Origin: an uncultured Candidatus Saccharibacteria bacterium
GTDB lineage: Bacteria; Patescibacteriota; Minisyncoccia; Phycocordibacterales; UBA2100
Length of the DNA: 64,000 nt
Assembly: GCA_964399865.1 (NCBI GenBank)
Contig: CAYNRJ010000002.1
Span: forward strand, 97,108 to 161,107
Direction: 5' to 3'
The number at the start of each line of letters is the position of its first letter. Within the stretch, counting starts at the first letter, position 1. The notes under the pieces are model-generated. The model made no database searches and was not told where the DNA came from. It saw only the letters and a list, made by a program, of their open reading frames with translations. This document shows, one piece after another, positions 40,184 to 49,600 of this stretch. A program made the position numbers and the translations under genes.

Positions 40184-42253
40184 ATGGCTGAAAAGAAAGC
40201 GAAAAAAGACGATGCAGAAACCCCAAAGAAAGGGGCTTCGTCTTACAGTGCCCAGGACATCACCGTTCTAGAGGGTCTTGAGGCCGTGCGTCGCCGTCCG
40301 GGCATGTACATCGGCACGACCGGTCTTGATGGGCTTCATCACCTCATCTGGGAGATCTTCGATAACTCGCGCGACGAGGCAATGGGTGGTTTTTCAAACG
40401 ACATCGAGGTCGCACTCCTCCCTGACAACATGGTCCGAGTGGTAGACAATGGCCGTGGTATTCCCGTCGATATTCATCCGAAAACAAAATTATCAGCACT
40501 CGATACGATCATGACGACGCTTCACGCTGGAGGAAAATTCGGCGGTGAAGGCTACAAGGTCTCCGGCGGTCTCCACGGCGTCGGCGCATCGGTCGTCAAC
40601 GCTCTATCAACGTATACGCGTGTGGAAGTTCACCGGGATGGTGGGCAATACGTACAGGAATACAAGAACGGTGGTAAGGCTGTCGCGAAGGTCAAGAAGA
40701 TCGGCAGCTCCAAGCGTACCGGCACCATCACTGTCTTTCAGGCCGACCCCTCGATTTTCCCGCAAATTGAATACAATTGGGACCGTATCGTTTCGCACAT
40801 GCGCCAGCAGGCGTATCTCGTAAAAGGTTTGCGTATTTCCGTACTCGACCTCCGGCAGGCTGGAAAAGTGGATGCAGAAAAAGCATATTACCTACGCGAC
40901 TTAGCGCTCGATGCGCCCTCAATGACGTTTTATTTTGAAGGCGGACTTCGTTCACTCGTTGCATTCCAGAATCAATATCTTGAATCGATCCATAAAAACA
41001 TTTTCTACGTAGAAAAAGAGCAAGACGGAGTTGCGGTAGAAGTTGCCCTCCAATACGTCGATGATATTTCAACGCGTCTCTCAGCGTTTGCGAACAACAT
41101 CTACAACGCAGAAGGCGGCACGCATGTGACAGGATTTAAGACCGCCCTCACTCGCACTCTCAACAGCAACGCGAAAGGAGACTCGGGGAAAGAAGGGGAT
41201 TCGTTTACAGGCGACGATGTGCTCGAAGGTATTACTGCAGTTATTTCGGTAAAGATGCGCGAGGTGCAGTTTGAAGGACAGACCAAAGGGAAACTTGGTA
41301 GCGTCGAGGCTCGCGGAGCCGTGGAAACAGTCTTCGGCGAGGCGTTCTCAGCATTCCTCGAAGAACACCCAGACGATGCTCGCGCGATCATAGGTAAGGT
41401 CTCTCTTGCGATGAAGGCACGCAAAGCCGCGAAAGCTGCAAAAGAAAGCATCATGAGAAAAGGTGCACTCGATGGCCTCGCGCTCCCAGGTAAACTCGCT
41501 GACTGTCAGACAAAGGATGCTTCTGAATCCGAACTCTTCGTGGTGGAGGGAGATTCGGCAGGTGGCTCAGGCAAAATGGGTCGTGACCGACGCACGCAAG
41601 CTGTACTTCCACTTCGCGGAAAGATTCTCAACATCGAACGTGCTCGTCTCGACAAGATGCTCGGCTCCGAACAGATCAAAAATCTTGTTGTTGCGCTCGG
41701 CACTGCTATCGGTGACGTCTTTAATATTGAGAAGCTCCGCTACCACAAGATCATCATTGCAACAGATGCCGACGTCGACGGTGCGCACATCCGCACACTC
41801 CTTCTCACGCTCTTCTATCGCCATTTCAGACCAGTTATCGATGGAGGTTTCCTCTATATCGCTCAACCGCCTCTCTATAAGATCAGGAAAGGTAAAGAGG
41901 TTTTCTATGCGTACACCGACGAACAAAAGGTAAAGATCGCAGGAAAAGACACACCGCTTGAAGAAGTCACGGACGGGGAGGAAGAGCCGGCACCAGAAGA
42001 AGCGGAAGAGGCAGCGGGGAAAACGAAGAAGGCTGCCAAGATTTCTATTCAGCGTTACAAGGGTCTTGGAGAAATGAATCCAGAAGAGCTGTGGGAAACA
42101 ACAATGGACCCAGCGCGTCGCATTCTAAAACAGGTAGTGATTGAAGACGCACAGGAAGCCGACAAGATATTCGACATGCTTATGGGTACCGACGTACCGT
42201 CACGTCGATCATTCATCCAATCGCACGCAAAGGAGGCAACGCTAGATATTTAG
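40184..42253 (+). CDS. gyrB: DNA gyrase subunit B
   Basis: LEGLEAVRRRPGMYIG, DNGRGIP, GGLHGVG, VEGDSAGG, DADVDG, QRYKGLGEMNP. Confidence 0.93.
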   Translation: MAEKKAKKDDAETPKKGASSYSAQDITVLEGLEAVRRRPGMYIGTTGLDGLHHLIWEIFDNSRDEAMGGFSNDIEVALLPDNMVRVVDNGRGIPVDIHPKTKLSALDTIMTTLHAGGKFGGEGYKVSGGLHGVGASVVNALSTYTRVEVHRDGGQYVQEYKNGGKAVAKVKKIGSSKRTGTITVFQADPSIFPQIEYNWDRIVSHMRQQAYLVKGLRISVLDLRQAGKVDAEKAYYLRDLALDAPSMTFYFEGGLRSLVAFQNQYLESIHKNIFYVEKEQDGVAVEVALQYVDDISTRLSAFANNIYNAEGGTHVTGFKTALTRTLNSNAKGDSGKEGDSFTGDDVLEGITAVISVKMREVQFEGQTKGKLGSVEARGAVETVFGEAFSAFLEEHPDDARAIIGKVSLAMKARKAAKAAKESIMRKGALDGLALPGKLADCQTKDASESELFVVEGDSAGGSGKMGRDRRTQAVLPLRGKILNIERARLDKMLGSEQIKNLVVALGTAIGDVFNIEKLRYHKIIIATDADVDGAHIRTLLLTLFYRHFRPVIDGGFLYIAQPPLYKIRKGKEVFYAYTDEQKVKIAGKDTPLEEVTDGEEEPAPEEAEEAAGKTKKAAKISIQRYKGLGEMNPEELWETTMDPARRILKQVVIEDAQEADKIFDMLMGTDVPSRRSFIQSHAKEATLDI

Positions 42254-42260
42254 CACGCTC

Positions 42261-42360
42261 GGCGGTGTGTACGTTACTCGAGTACGGATATTTTTCTGCT
42301 GAAAAATTCCTCGAGCTCGCGCCGTCGCGCTCGCTAGTCTCTCGCAACGCACACCCCGCC
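42261..42360. repeat. Long imperfect hairpin element, copy B (core GGATATTTTTCTGCTGAAAAATTCC, 42286-42310)
   Basis: ggcggtgtgtacgttac pairs imperfectly with gcaacgcacaccccgcc; core resembles 28883-28906. Confidence 0.6.
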
Positions 42361-42385
42361 TCGCTTTACTGTTGGGAGATAAAAA

Positions 42386-42416
42386 ACAACCGCGTCCCAT
42401 ACGGGGACGCGGTTGT
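42386..42416. terminator. Probable bidirectional terminator between convergent gyrB and the CARDB gene
   Basis: acaaccgcgtccc-atacg-gggacgcggttgt flanked by A and T runs. Confidence 0.75.
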
Positions 42417-42436
42417 GTTTCGAGCCAGGCACTATC

Positions 42437-43468
42437 TTAATATGAGTACGGGTACTGAGGATTGTACGGATACTGTGGATATTGATTGTAGCCGTTCCAA
42501 TTCTGCGCGTTTACGAACTGAGTCGCGTAGTTATTACTCTCGTTCGATTCGTACACCATGTTGGATGGATCAACAGAGACGCTGAATGATCCACCACCGA
42601 TGCGCACCTGCGTGAATCGAAGAGTGTTCACCATACGTGATCCTGGAGTAAGCGGTGCCTGAGCAGGCGAGTTGTATGTGTAAGCCTGGGACGTTGGAAG
42701 CTGTGCGGTGAAGTAATACATACCCGAGGTTGTACCACCCTTGTTGATGATCTCGAACTGGACTGCTGATGTTTCAGAAGGTGAGATAGGCATGCGATTT
42801 ACGAACGCACCTGAATACTGATCAATGACACCTACTGCAAGTATGCGCACCGCGAGATCAACCGGGGTAATAGGGCGAGGTGATGGCGTAGGGTTTGGTG
42901 TAGGAGTTGGTTGTGGTGTCGGAGTAGGAGTTGGGGTAGGGGTCGCGATTGGAGTAGGGTCGCCGCCGAGGATCATGATAGATGCGCTGTCTTGTGCCTG
43001 GGTTCCCGTTGCGCTTGGAAGGAAGATGACAGAAATAGGCATCGGGACAGAAGTCGCTCCAGTAAGAAGCGCAGTAAGAGAAAGAGTCTTATCTTCCGTC
43101 GCAACTGTGTACGCAGCGCCACAAGGGATCTCGCTCAATGCTCCAGAAGGATTTGGAGAGCGGAACTGGAAACCGTCTACACACTGATAGAGGAAAGCGT
43201 ACGAGCCTTCCATGTCTGTGGTGTGCTCCCATTCAATTTCGAAACTCTCTCCTGAGTTAACAGATTCTGGTGCGATCACTTCAAGAGCGGATTCAGTAGT
43301 GCCCCCAAAGAGGGAACCGAACCACGTGCGAGAGATACGCGCGAGATGGACGAGTCCCCAAATAATAATAACTATAACGATAATAAAGCCCGCGATAGCG
43401 AGAATGTTTGAAAAGAGACTCGACTTTGCTTCCTCTGAATGCTCTACGTGCGCGTGTTCGTGTGACAT
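42437..43468 (-). CDS. Membrane-anchored surface protein: Ig-like domain, Pro/Thr linker, CARDB-like domain, Tyr/Pro/Gln tail
   Basis: His-rich N-terminus + TM; (PT)n linker; VDLAVRIL...INKGG...VSVDPSNMVYESNESNN; start set at ATG 43468 after a minus-strand TTGACA-17-TACTGT promoter. Confidence 0.8.
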   Translation of the reverse strand: MSHEHAHVEHSEEAKSSLFSNILAIAGFIIVIVIIIWGLVHLARISRTWFGSLFGGTTESALEVIAPESVNSGESFEIEWEHTTDMEGSYAFLYQCVDGFQFRSPNPSGALSEIPCGAAYTVATEDKTLSLTALLTGATSVPMPISVIFLPSATGTQAQDSASIMILGGDPTPIATPTPTPTPTPQPTPTPNPTPSPRPITPVDLAVRILAVGVIDQYSGAFVNRMPISPSETSAVQFEIINKGGTTSGMYYFTAQLPTSQAYTYNSPAQAPLTPGSRMVNTLRFTQVRIGGGSFSVSVDPSNMVYESNESNNYATQFVNAQNWNGYNQYPQYPYNPQYPYSY

Positions 43469-43477
43469 AGTGTCGGC

Positions 43478-43556
43478 ACAGTACATAAATAAACCTCAAA
43501 TGTCAAGTTTTTCCAGAGGTGGATGTATTGACTTTTGCTCATCTTCAGGGTACTAT
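43478..43556. promoter_or_regulatory. Divergent sigma70-type promoter pair for the CARDB gene (-) and sortase (+)
   Basis: Minus: TTGACA 43506-43501, 17 nt, TACTGT 43483-43478. Plus: TTGACT 43528-43533, 17 nt, TACTAT 43551-43556. Confidence 0.7.
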
Positions 43557-43569
43557 GTATGGGTACTTT

Positions 43570-44253
43570 ATGGGACCAAATTACGGCAATTTCCATTCAC
43601 GATACTCAAATAAACCGCCTAAGTCGGTGTTTTTTGCTGCTTCTACGGTGATGTTTTTCCTCTCGCTTTCCGTTGCCGACTCGATCGGCCTCGTTCCATA
43701 CTACATTGACGGGACTGCGCCAAAAAGCGTCGCCCTCGAAAATCTTCCAGAGCTCGGTGAGAAAAAGAATGTTGTTGAAGAGACACGAACGGTAGGACCG
43801 ATCGCCCTTCCATCACGTATCGTTATTTCATCGATTGGTCTCGACTTACCCGTCCAAAATCCGGGTACTCGCGATATCGCGGCGCTCGACGCACTCCTTA
43901 AGGCAGGTCCTGCAAGGTACGTTGATTCTGCAAAGCTCGGTGAAAAAGGTAACGTCCTTATTTTCGCTCACAGCTCACACCTTCCTGTCGTACATAACCA
44001 AATGTATAAAGCATTCAATCGTGTGCCCGAGCTTGTCGAAGGAAATGTCATTACTGTGATCGGCACAGACTCTTCTGGAGTGCAGAAATCATATCTCTAT
44101 GTCGTACGCTCGGTTCGTCGAGGAGATGCGCATGAAGAGATCATCGACCTCTCTGCGAAAAGCGGTACTCGTCTCACGCTCGTTACGTGCGATACGCTTA
44201 CCTCAAAATCCACCCGTTGGATCCTCGAAGCCGATTTCGTCGGAGTACTCTAA
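43570..44253 (+). CDS. Sortase
   Basis: N-terminal hydrophobic anchor; PSRIVISSIGLDLPV, GEKGNVLIFAHSS (His), LTLVTCD (Cys), TRWILEA (Arg): complete sortase triad. Start placed after the -10 box. Confidence 0.92.
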   Translation: MGPNYGNFHSRYSNKPPKSVFFAASTVMFFLSLSVADSIGLVPYYIDGTAPKSVALENLPELGEKKNVVEETRTVGPIALPSRIVISSIGLDLPVQNPGTRDIAALDALLKAGPARYVDSAKLGEKGNVLIFAHSSHLPVVHNQMYKAFNRVPELVEGNVITVIGTDSSGVQKSYLYVVRSVRRGDAHEEIIDLSAKSGTRLTLVTCDTLTSKSTRWILEADFVGVL

Positions 44254-44268
44254 ATAAATCACTGCTCG

Positions 44269-44304
44269 AAGCACCCTGAATTTCCTAGGAAATTCAGGGT
44301 GCTT
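44269..44304. terminator. Perfect 36-bp palindrome after the sortase gene, probable terminator
   Basis: AAGCACCCTGAATTTCCTAGGAAATTCAGGGTGCTT equals its own reverse complement; T-rich sequence follows. Confidence 0.75.
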
Positions 44305-44361
44305 TTCGTTTATACACATTTATTACTTTGTCACATCACATGGTTTGGGTAGGATTAGTCC

Positions 44362-45060
44362 ATGGGCATGGAAGGTTTCAAGAGACCAGAAAAGACACCG
44401 ACTTCTGTGCCGTCTATTCGCCAAGCGGAAGAGGTGCAGCCGCTTGCTATTTCTCCCGACAAAACTATAAAACAGAAAGGAATGGAAAAGGGGGAGCAGC
44501 GCCTGGCAGCAATAAAAGCACGCTTGTCGGCGGCCACAGAAAAAGCAAGAGGAAAGGCGTCTAAAGGAGAAGCCTTTATTCTCGGCTCCCCTGAAATGAT
44601 CGGAGAAACAACGAAAGTGATACGAGAGAAATTTTCAAATACGATAACTGTATCGAAGAGTAAATTAGGAAATGCATACGAGGCAGGAAAGCAGAAGACG
44701 GAGAGTGGTTTTAGGAGGGTGGCGGAAAAAGCACGCTTGCTAGGGTTGAAAATTACGGCACCAGTAGCGGATAAATTCCTGCGAATGTGGAATGCTCCTA
44801 AGGTACGAAAAGCCGAGAGAAATGCGGAGACAGCAGAAAATTATGCACGCCAAGCAGAGGAGAGGATACAAAAGGCAAAAAGCGGCATTGAAGCGCATAA
44901 GGCACAAATTGCATTATTAGAGGAAGAAATTGTTGATGCGACAGAAGGGTACCAGGCTGCCGGCGAGTCAAAATATGAGTATCTTCTTCAAGCGAATGGT
45001 ATAAAAACAAAAATTTCCAGAGCAAGAGAGGAATTAAATAAGGTGCAAACGACAGCGTAG
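44362..45060 (+). CDS. Hypothetical Lys/Glu-rich coiled-coil protein
   Basis: 232-aa ORF, A-rich codon usage, TAGGAT -10 just upstream. Confidence 0.7.
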   Translation: MGMEGFKRPEKTPTSVPSIRQAEEVQPLAISPDKTIKQKGMEKGEQRLAAIKARLSAATEKARGKASKGEAFILGSPEMIGETTKVIREKFSNTITVSKSKLGNAYEAGKQKTESGFRRVAEKARLLGLKITAPVADKFLRMWNAPKVRKAERNAETAENYARQAEERIQKAKSGIEAHKAQIALLEEEIVDATEGYQAAGESKYEYLLQANGIKTKISRAREELNKVQTTA

Positions 45061-45069
45061 AACTTACCT

Positions 45070-45348
45070 ATGGACCTCCTTGAATTAAAGAAAGAATTAA
45101 TGGCCACTCCTCTCAGTGTTGAGAGTCTTAAAATAGTGAGTGATATCTTTGATGCGGCGATTGCTCGTGGAAGTCTCACTGCTGCGGAAAAGGAACAGAT
45201 TGCGCATATGCTTGAAGCCGAAGAAGAGCTAGTAGATATTGAAATATCGGCAACCCAAGATGCGATAGCTGCACTGGACGAATATGGGAAAGAAGTCGAT
45301 GCCGCAGTAGATGTTGCCGTTTCTGCAATCGAAGAAGCGACTAAATAA
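45070..45348 (+). CDS. Small acidic helical hypothetical protein
   Basis: 92 aa, 9 bp after the previous stop. Confidence 0.65.
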   Translation: MDLLELKKELMATPLSVESLKIVSDIFDAAIARGSLTAAEKEQIAHMLEAEEELVDIEISATQDAIAALDEYGKEVDAAVDVAVSAIEEATK

Positions 45349-45456
45349 TTTCTCTCAAAGTTGCTCCAGGAATTGACCCTCCGGTTTTTCTGATGTATTC
45401 CTTTTGTTAGTCCTGTGCGCGAAATAGGTCCGTGCAGGTGGGTTGGAGCTACGAAT

Positions 45457-45930
45457 ATGACCGATGACTCGGAAGTTGCTGCAGCTGTGACGGCCGCAGG
45501 ATCGTCGCGGCGATGGGTGAGAAGGAACGTCACGATCATCCTCTCGGTTCTCGGTGCAGCGGTGCTCATGCTGCACGTCTACCTCTACTTCTGGGCGGTG
45601 GAACTGCCCTGGGGGATCGACACGGCGGTGTACTCGTGGGGAGCAGTTCTCGCGGTGATCGTCTTCTCCATCGCCTTCCGCATGCCGCGTCTCCTGAGGC
45701 AGACACCCGGCGACGAATTCGTCGCCATCACTGAAGTCGGGCTTTCCGTGCTGGCGATTCTCTTCCTCGGTATCGTGGCAGGACGTGCGATGACGAATGA
45801 GGTCAACTTTCCCCCTGGCGGCCAATTCGCTTTCTGGGGATATCTCACCTTCCTGGTCATCGTCATCACGGTCCAGGTCTACCTCAGCATCCGCTACGCC
45901 GAGCGCACCATCGGCAGCAGCCAGGGCTGA
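45457..45930 (+). CDS. Hypothetical 4-TM membrane protein (GC3-rich orphan)
   Basis: Four hydrophobic segments; GGAG SD before ATG 45457; upstream TTGACC 45373; downstream terminator. Confidence 0.7.
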   Translation: MTDDSEVAAAVTAAGSSRRWVRRNVTIILSVLGAAVLMLHVYLYFWAVELPWGIDTAVYSWGAVLAVIVFSIAFRMPRLLRQTPGDEFVAITEVGLSVLAILFLGIVAGRAMTNEVNFPPGGQFAFWGYLTFLVIVITVQVYLSIRYAERTIGSSQG

Positions 45931-45970
45931 AGTTGCGCGACGAGCTTTAGATCAGACGTACACATTTCTT

Positions 45971-45994
45971 GGCGGCAGGGGAAACTCTGCCGCC
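45971..45994 (+). terminator. Terminator hairpin
   Basis: ggcggcagggg-aaa-ctctgccgcc then atcttttct. Confidence 0.75.
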
Positions 45995-46025
45995 GCATCT
46001 TTTCTATATTTTAAGCCATATTATA

Positions 46026-46053
46026 TTGACAATTGTCAAAATAATGATATTAT
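46026..46053 (+). promoter_or_regulatory. sigma70 promoter with palindromic -35
   Basis: TTGACA 46026-46031, 16 nt, TG-n-TATTAT 46048-46053; TTGACAATTGTCAA is a perfect palindrome. Confidence 0.7.
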
Positions 46054-46136
46054 TAAAAGCGGTGAATATCGTACTTTGTTTCACCATGATCCACTGATCC
46101 AATCGTTCCTGAACTCAAACGCCATGGAGGTAAAAC

Positions 46137-47072
46137 ATGGCCAATCTGCAGAAGCCGGCAATTCGGGGTGCCGGAAGACATACCCCGAAGAACTACTGGC
46201 GCTTTTATCCTGGGCGTAAGCCTCGGAGGTCGCCAGAAGGAAAAGTAGATGACCGCATTCTCTTCGAGAGCGCCATCTACGCGAGACTGCAGGACAGCAC
46301 GCAGAACGTTGCGGCAGGGATTGTGGTTGGGCCAACGCTCGACCGCATCTTGGCGGGCGGCATGGAGAAGCTCCAGGACGGAGCAGGTCTCGTAGCTGCG
46401 AGAGCAGTCGAGGACGAGGCCACCGGTGAGATTTCCATCCCGCCGGTTCGGACCTGGCCGGTGCCGGGCGGCTCGACCCTCCGGACCTTCATGGACCTGC
46501 TCACGCTTCGGCGCATGCCCGGCGGTTCTCTGAACGCCGTCCCGCTCGAGGAAGAGGGCGTCGTCTACGTCGAGTGCTGCACTGGCGATCCGCAGGAGAC
46601 TGAAGAGTCCTACATCGCCGCGCTTTCGGGGCTCTGGGTCCATGGCTCGGCCGAGTACATGGGCTTCGGCAACGCGCCTCTCATCAGTTCGCCAGGGAAG
46701 AGGCGTGGGAAGCCGAGGGCTGGCGCGGAGGACAAGGCTTCCGGTGTGAAGTTCTCCGAAACCTCAGCGCCGCAACTCTGGGGCGAATCTGTCGGCTCGA
46801 TGGTGAACGGCGTGCCCTTGTGGTGGAACCGCGTGTGGCGGCTCGAATTCACAAAGGACGAAACCCAGGCAATCATCGTCCGGCAGCAGAACAAGTACTA
46901 CATGCTCTACGTCGAGGATGGACGAGTGATGGTTGAAGATCGCTCGAATCAGCCCGGCATCGCGCAGGTGTACCTCGACAATGTCGCGAAGCTCGCGAGC
47001 CTCGGGGTCTCAACGACGCCGCTCATCGTTCCTTCGTCAGGCATCGTCCAGACGACGGCCGCGGCCGCGTAG
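46137..47072 (+). CDS. Hypothetical cytoplasmic protein (GC3-rich orphan)
   Basis: 311 aa, GGAGG SD, own promoter and terminator; no motif recognised. Confidence 0.75.
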   Translation: MANLQKPAIRGAGRHTPKNYWRFYPGRKPRRSPEGKVDDRILFESAIYARLQDSTQNVAAGIVVGPTLDRILAGGMEKLQDGAGLVAARAVEDEATGEISIPPVRTWPVPGGSTLRTFMDLLTLRRMPGGSLNAVPLEEEGVVYVECCTGDPQETEESYIAALSGLWVHGSAEYMGFGNAPLISSPGKRRGKPRAGAEDKASGVKFSETSAPQLWGESVGSMVNGVPLWWNRVWRLEFTKDETQAIIVRQQNKYYMLYVEDGRVMVEDRSNQPGIAQVYLDNVAKLASLGVSTTPLIVPSSGIVQTTAAAA

Positions 47073-47109
47073 TCAGTAGCCCTTCAGGGGTGAACGCGCG
47101 CTACAACAC

Positions 47110-47137
47110 AGCGCATGGCAGTAATCTGCCATGCGCT
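47110..47137 (+). terminator. Intrinsic terminator
   Basis: agcgcatggcag-taat-ctgccatgcgct followed by tcattttttt. Confidence 0.85.
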
Positions 47138-47167
47138 TCATTTTTTTGCGTTATGATTAGTACTTAT

Positions 47168-49600
47168 ATGATAGAAGTGCTCCGTTCCAGTCCCATTGAT
47201 AAAGACAAATTTGTTGCTCGAATAAAACACGACTCCAAAGGTAATACTTGGTATCTCGATGAAGAGAGACGAGTAACGCTTTTGGATGATAAGGGTAAAG
47301 CGGAACTTCAAAGACAACAACAAGAGGAGAGAGCAGGTAACACCGTCGTCCCAGCGGACGGGTTTCCGTTATTTGGGACGAAAATGACAGCCTTTAATAA
47401 AGACATGCCGGCTCCTCCCGGGGAAATTGCTCCTCCGGAAAATGAATCTCATTCGACAACAACCAAACCTGCTGATGAAGTGGGGAGCGTAGGAGCAAAA
47501 AGCACTGAGGCCTCCGATATTAAAACTGCTCGCAGAGAAACAGGTAGCGCGTTAACTAATACATTTGGTCGGCCGGAAAAAATATCCGGTACGAATATAC
47601 CTTATTGGACCGATAAAGACGGCCGAATATTAATGGTTGGTGCGGACGCAGAGCCATACGAGGTTGAGCCCGGGGATACCGTCACGATCCCGAATTTGAA
47701 AGGGGAGAGAGTAACGAAAGAATTTAAAAGCAAAGACGAAGGCTGGATAGACGCTGCTCCGAAAAAGGCTCCGCGCAAAGATAAATCTACGTTTGAAAGT
47801 ACTGATAATGACGATGATGAAAAGGCGCGAAGAAAGGCAAAGGGGAAAAAAGAATCTACGCATAAAACACCAGGAGAGGAAGTTCCAGGCGTAACACTGA
47901 GAGCGAAAGATTTGCCTGATGAGGTTATAGAAAAAGACGGTAATTTCTATGTAAGGCGAGGAAACGCAATCAGCACCGCAAAACCCGAGGAGGTTGCTGC
48001 GTATGCAAAGTTTAAAGAAGAACAAGAGGCGTATCAAAAAAGATTAAAAGAAATCGCGGCTACGAAATCTACTGGGGACACGGTAGCACGACCCGGAATG
48101 AAAGGCGAAGACATCGAAGATCTTTTCCCAGATCGTGAACAAGTCCCCGGTCTTTCGCCCGAGAATGATGCAAGTATCAATCAAGTATTAAAGAAAGAGC
48201 TCGGGTTGGATGAAGGAGATGATACGGAAAATGTAATTCAAATCCCGGTGACAATTCCGCTGTGGTATAGAGAACACTTTGTCCCTGTCGGTAAATCTAA
48301 AAAAGTTTTTAAGTACGTTTTCCCTAGCGGCGAAGTGATGCGGGATGATGTAAAAGGTGACCCGGAAAAACACTTTACCGCAAAGGAAGTAGATTCATTG
48401 ATAGCGCTGCAGAAAGCGCGTGATCAGACAAAGATTGAGGCAGATTTACGCGCGAAGGTCGCGGCAGAAAAGGAGACGGAGGAAAGATTGAGTCCGCCTG
48501 AGGCTCCGAAAGTAAATCTGCCAGAATTGATCGATGGCGCGAAAGTTCTCACCGTCGCAGAGATCTTCGCGGACAAGAAAAAAGAACAACTGTTTCTCAA
48601 GGTTTGCAATCGCTTGGATGAGGAAGCAGGCAGTAGTACATATGCATGGGTTCTCACGAAGCTAGGGGAGGGTAAGCAAGCGTTGAGTGAAGGAGAAAGC
48701 CGGATGATCACGCGCGCTCGCCACGAATTCGCAAACAGAATGAAAATCGGCGAGACGTTGCGTGACGGTATCAAAAAAGAACACGTCGAGATGGCTATGA
48801 GGAGAAATGGCGCTCTTCGCGAAGACGCCGAATACAACGGCCCGGAGAAAACATTCGAAATCATGAAGACACAGGTGCTCAACATCGCGATGTCGCGATC
48901 CGCGACCGAACTTTTGCGCTACACAAACGCACTTTCCACCTTGAAACGCGTAGAGGAGTCTCAGGCGTATACGGCGTACACTAAGGAGGTAGAGATGCTA
49001 GTAAAGCGCGCAAATATCTCTCCAAATACCTATAGTGCGACAGGGTTCACTACTCCGGGTGGTAGAAAGTCAGGAAGATCAATCATCAAAAAAGAACTCA
49101 TTGACAAAAGGTACAGCTCATTTAGAAGCGCACTCAGGGCGCGTTCGTTCGTGCGGCAAGCAGGAAGACTTGATCGTGGAATTCAGAGTGCAGGATTTAC
49201 AAAAGAAGGAATAGAAAGTGCGCAGAATAGTATTGCGCAATTTCTCGCGCTCACCTTGACGGATGATCCAGATCTTCGACTTGCTCTTCAGCAGGCCGCC
49301 GCTCGTAATAAATCGATGGAGAGTATGCTTCCGCCGGAAGAGAAGCCGACTACGTTGAATGAAGCTCGGGAGGCGGGAGCTCAACAAGCGGGTGGGTTCA
49401 AGGCATTTTGGGAGAATCAAGTAAGTGGAATGTCGGATTTTGCAGCGTTACCCCGCGAGGACAAGATGCAAAGACTGAACGAATCGGCAGCTTCCTATGC
49501 TAATACTGAGCGAAAGCCGGGCATCTTGGGCCGTATACTGCAAATGATCTTCACCAAACTACTAGGTGTTGAGAAAGAGAAAATTGCGAAAACACTATGA
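47168..49600 (+). CDS. Large highly charged hypothetical protein (~810 aa)
   Basis: Long ORF; the listed start overlaps a terminator, so ATG 47168 after TATGAT 47152-47157 is preferred. Confidence 0.75.
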   Translation: MIEVLRSSPIDKDKFVARIKHDSKGNTWYLDEERRVTLLDDKGKAELQRQQQEERAGNTVVPADGFPLFGTKMTAFNKDMPAPPGEIAPPENESHSTTTKPADEVGSVGAKSTEASDIKTARRETGSALTNTFGRPEKISGTNIPYWTDKDGRILMVGADAEPYEVEPGDTVTIPNLKGERVTKEFKSKDEGWIDAAPKKAPRKDKSTFESTDNDDDEKARRKAKGKKESTHKTPGEEVPGVTLRAKDLPDEVIEKDGNFYVRRGNAISTAKPEEVAAYAKFKEEQEAYQKRLKEIAATKSTGDTVARPGMKGEDIEDLFPDREQVPGLSPENDASINQVLKKELGLDEGDDTENVIQIPVTIPLWYREHFVPVGKSKKVFKYVFPSGEVMRDDVKGDPEKHFTAKEVDSLIALQKARDQTKIEADLRAKVAAEKETEERLSPPEAPKVNLPELIDGAKVLTVAEIFADKKKEQLFLKVCNRLDEEAGSSTYAWVLTKLGEGKQALSEGESRMITRARHEFANRMKIGETLRDGIKKEHVEMAMRRNGALREDAEYNGPEKTFEIMKTQVLNIAMSRSATELLRYTNALSTLKRVEESQAYTAYTKEVEMLVKRANISPNTYSATGFTTPGGRKSGRSIIKKELIDKRYSSFRSALRARSFVRQAGRLDRGIQSAGFTKEGIESAQNSIAQFLALTLTDDPDLRLALQQAAARNKSMESMLPPEEKPTTLNEAREAGAQQAGGFKAFWENQVSGMSDFAALPREDKMQRLNESAASYANTERKPGILGRILQMIFTKLLGVEKEKIAKTL

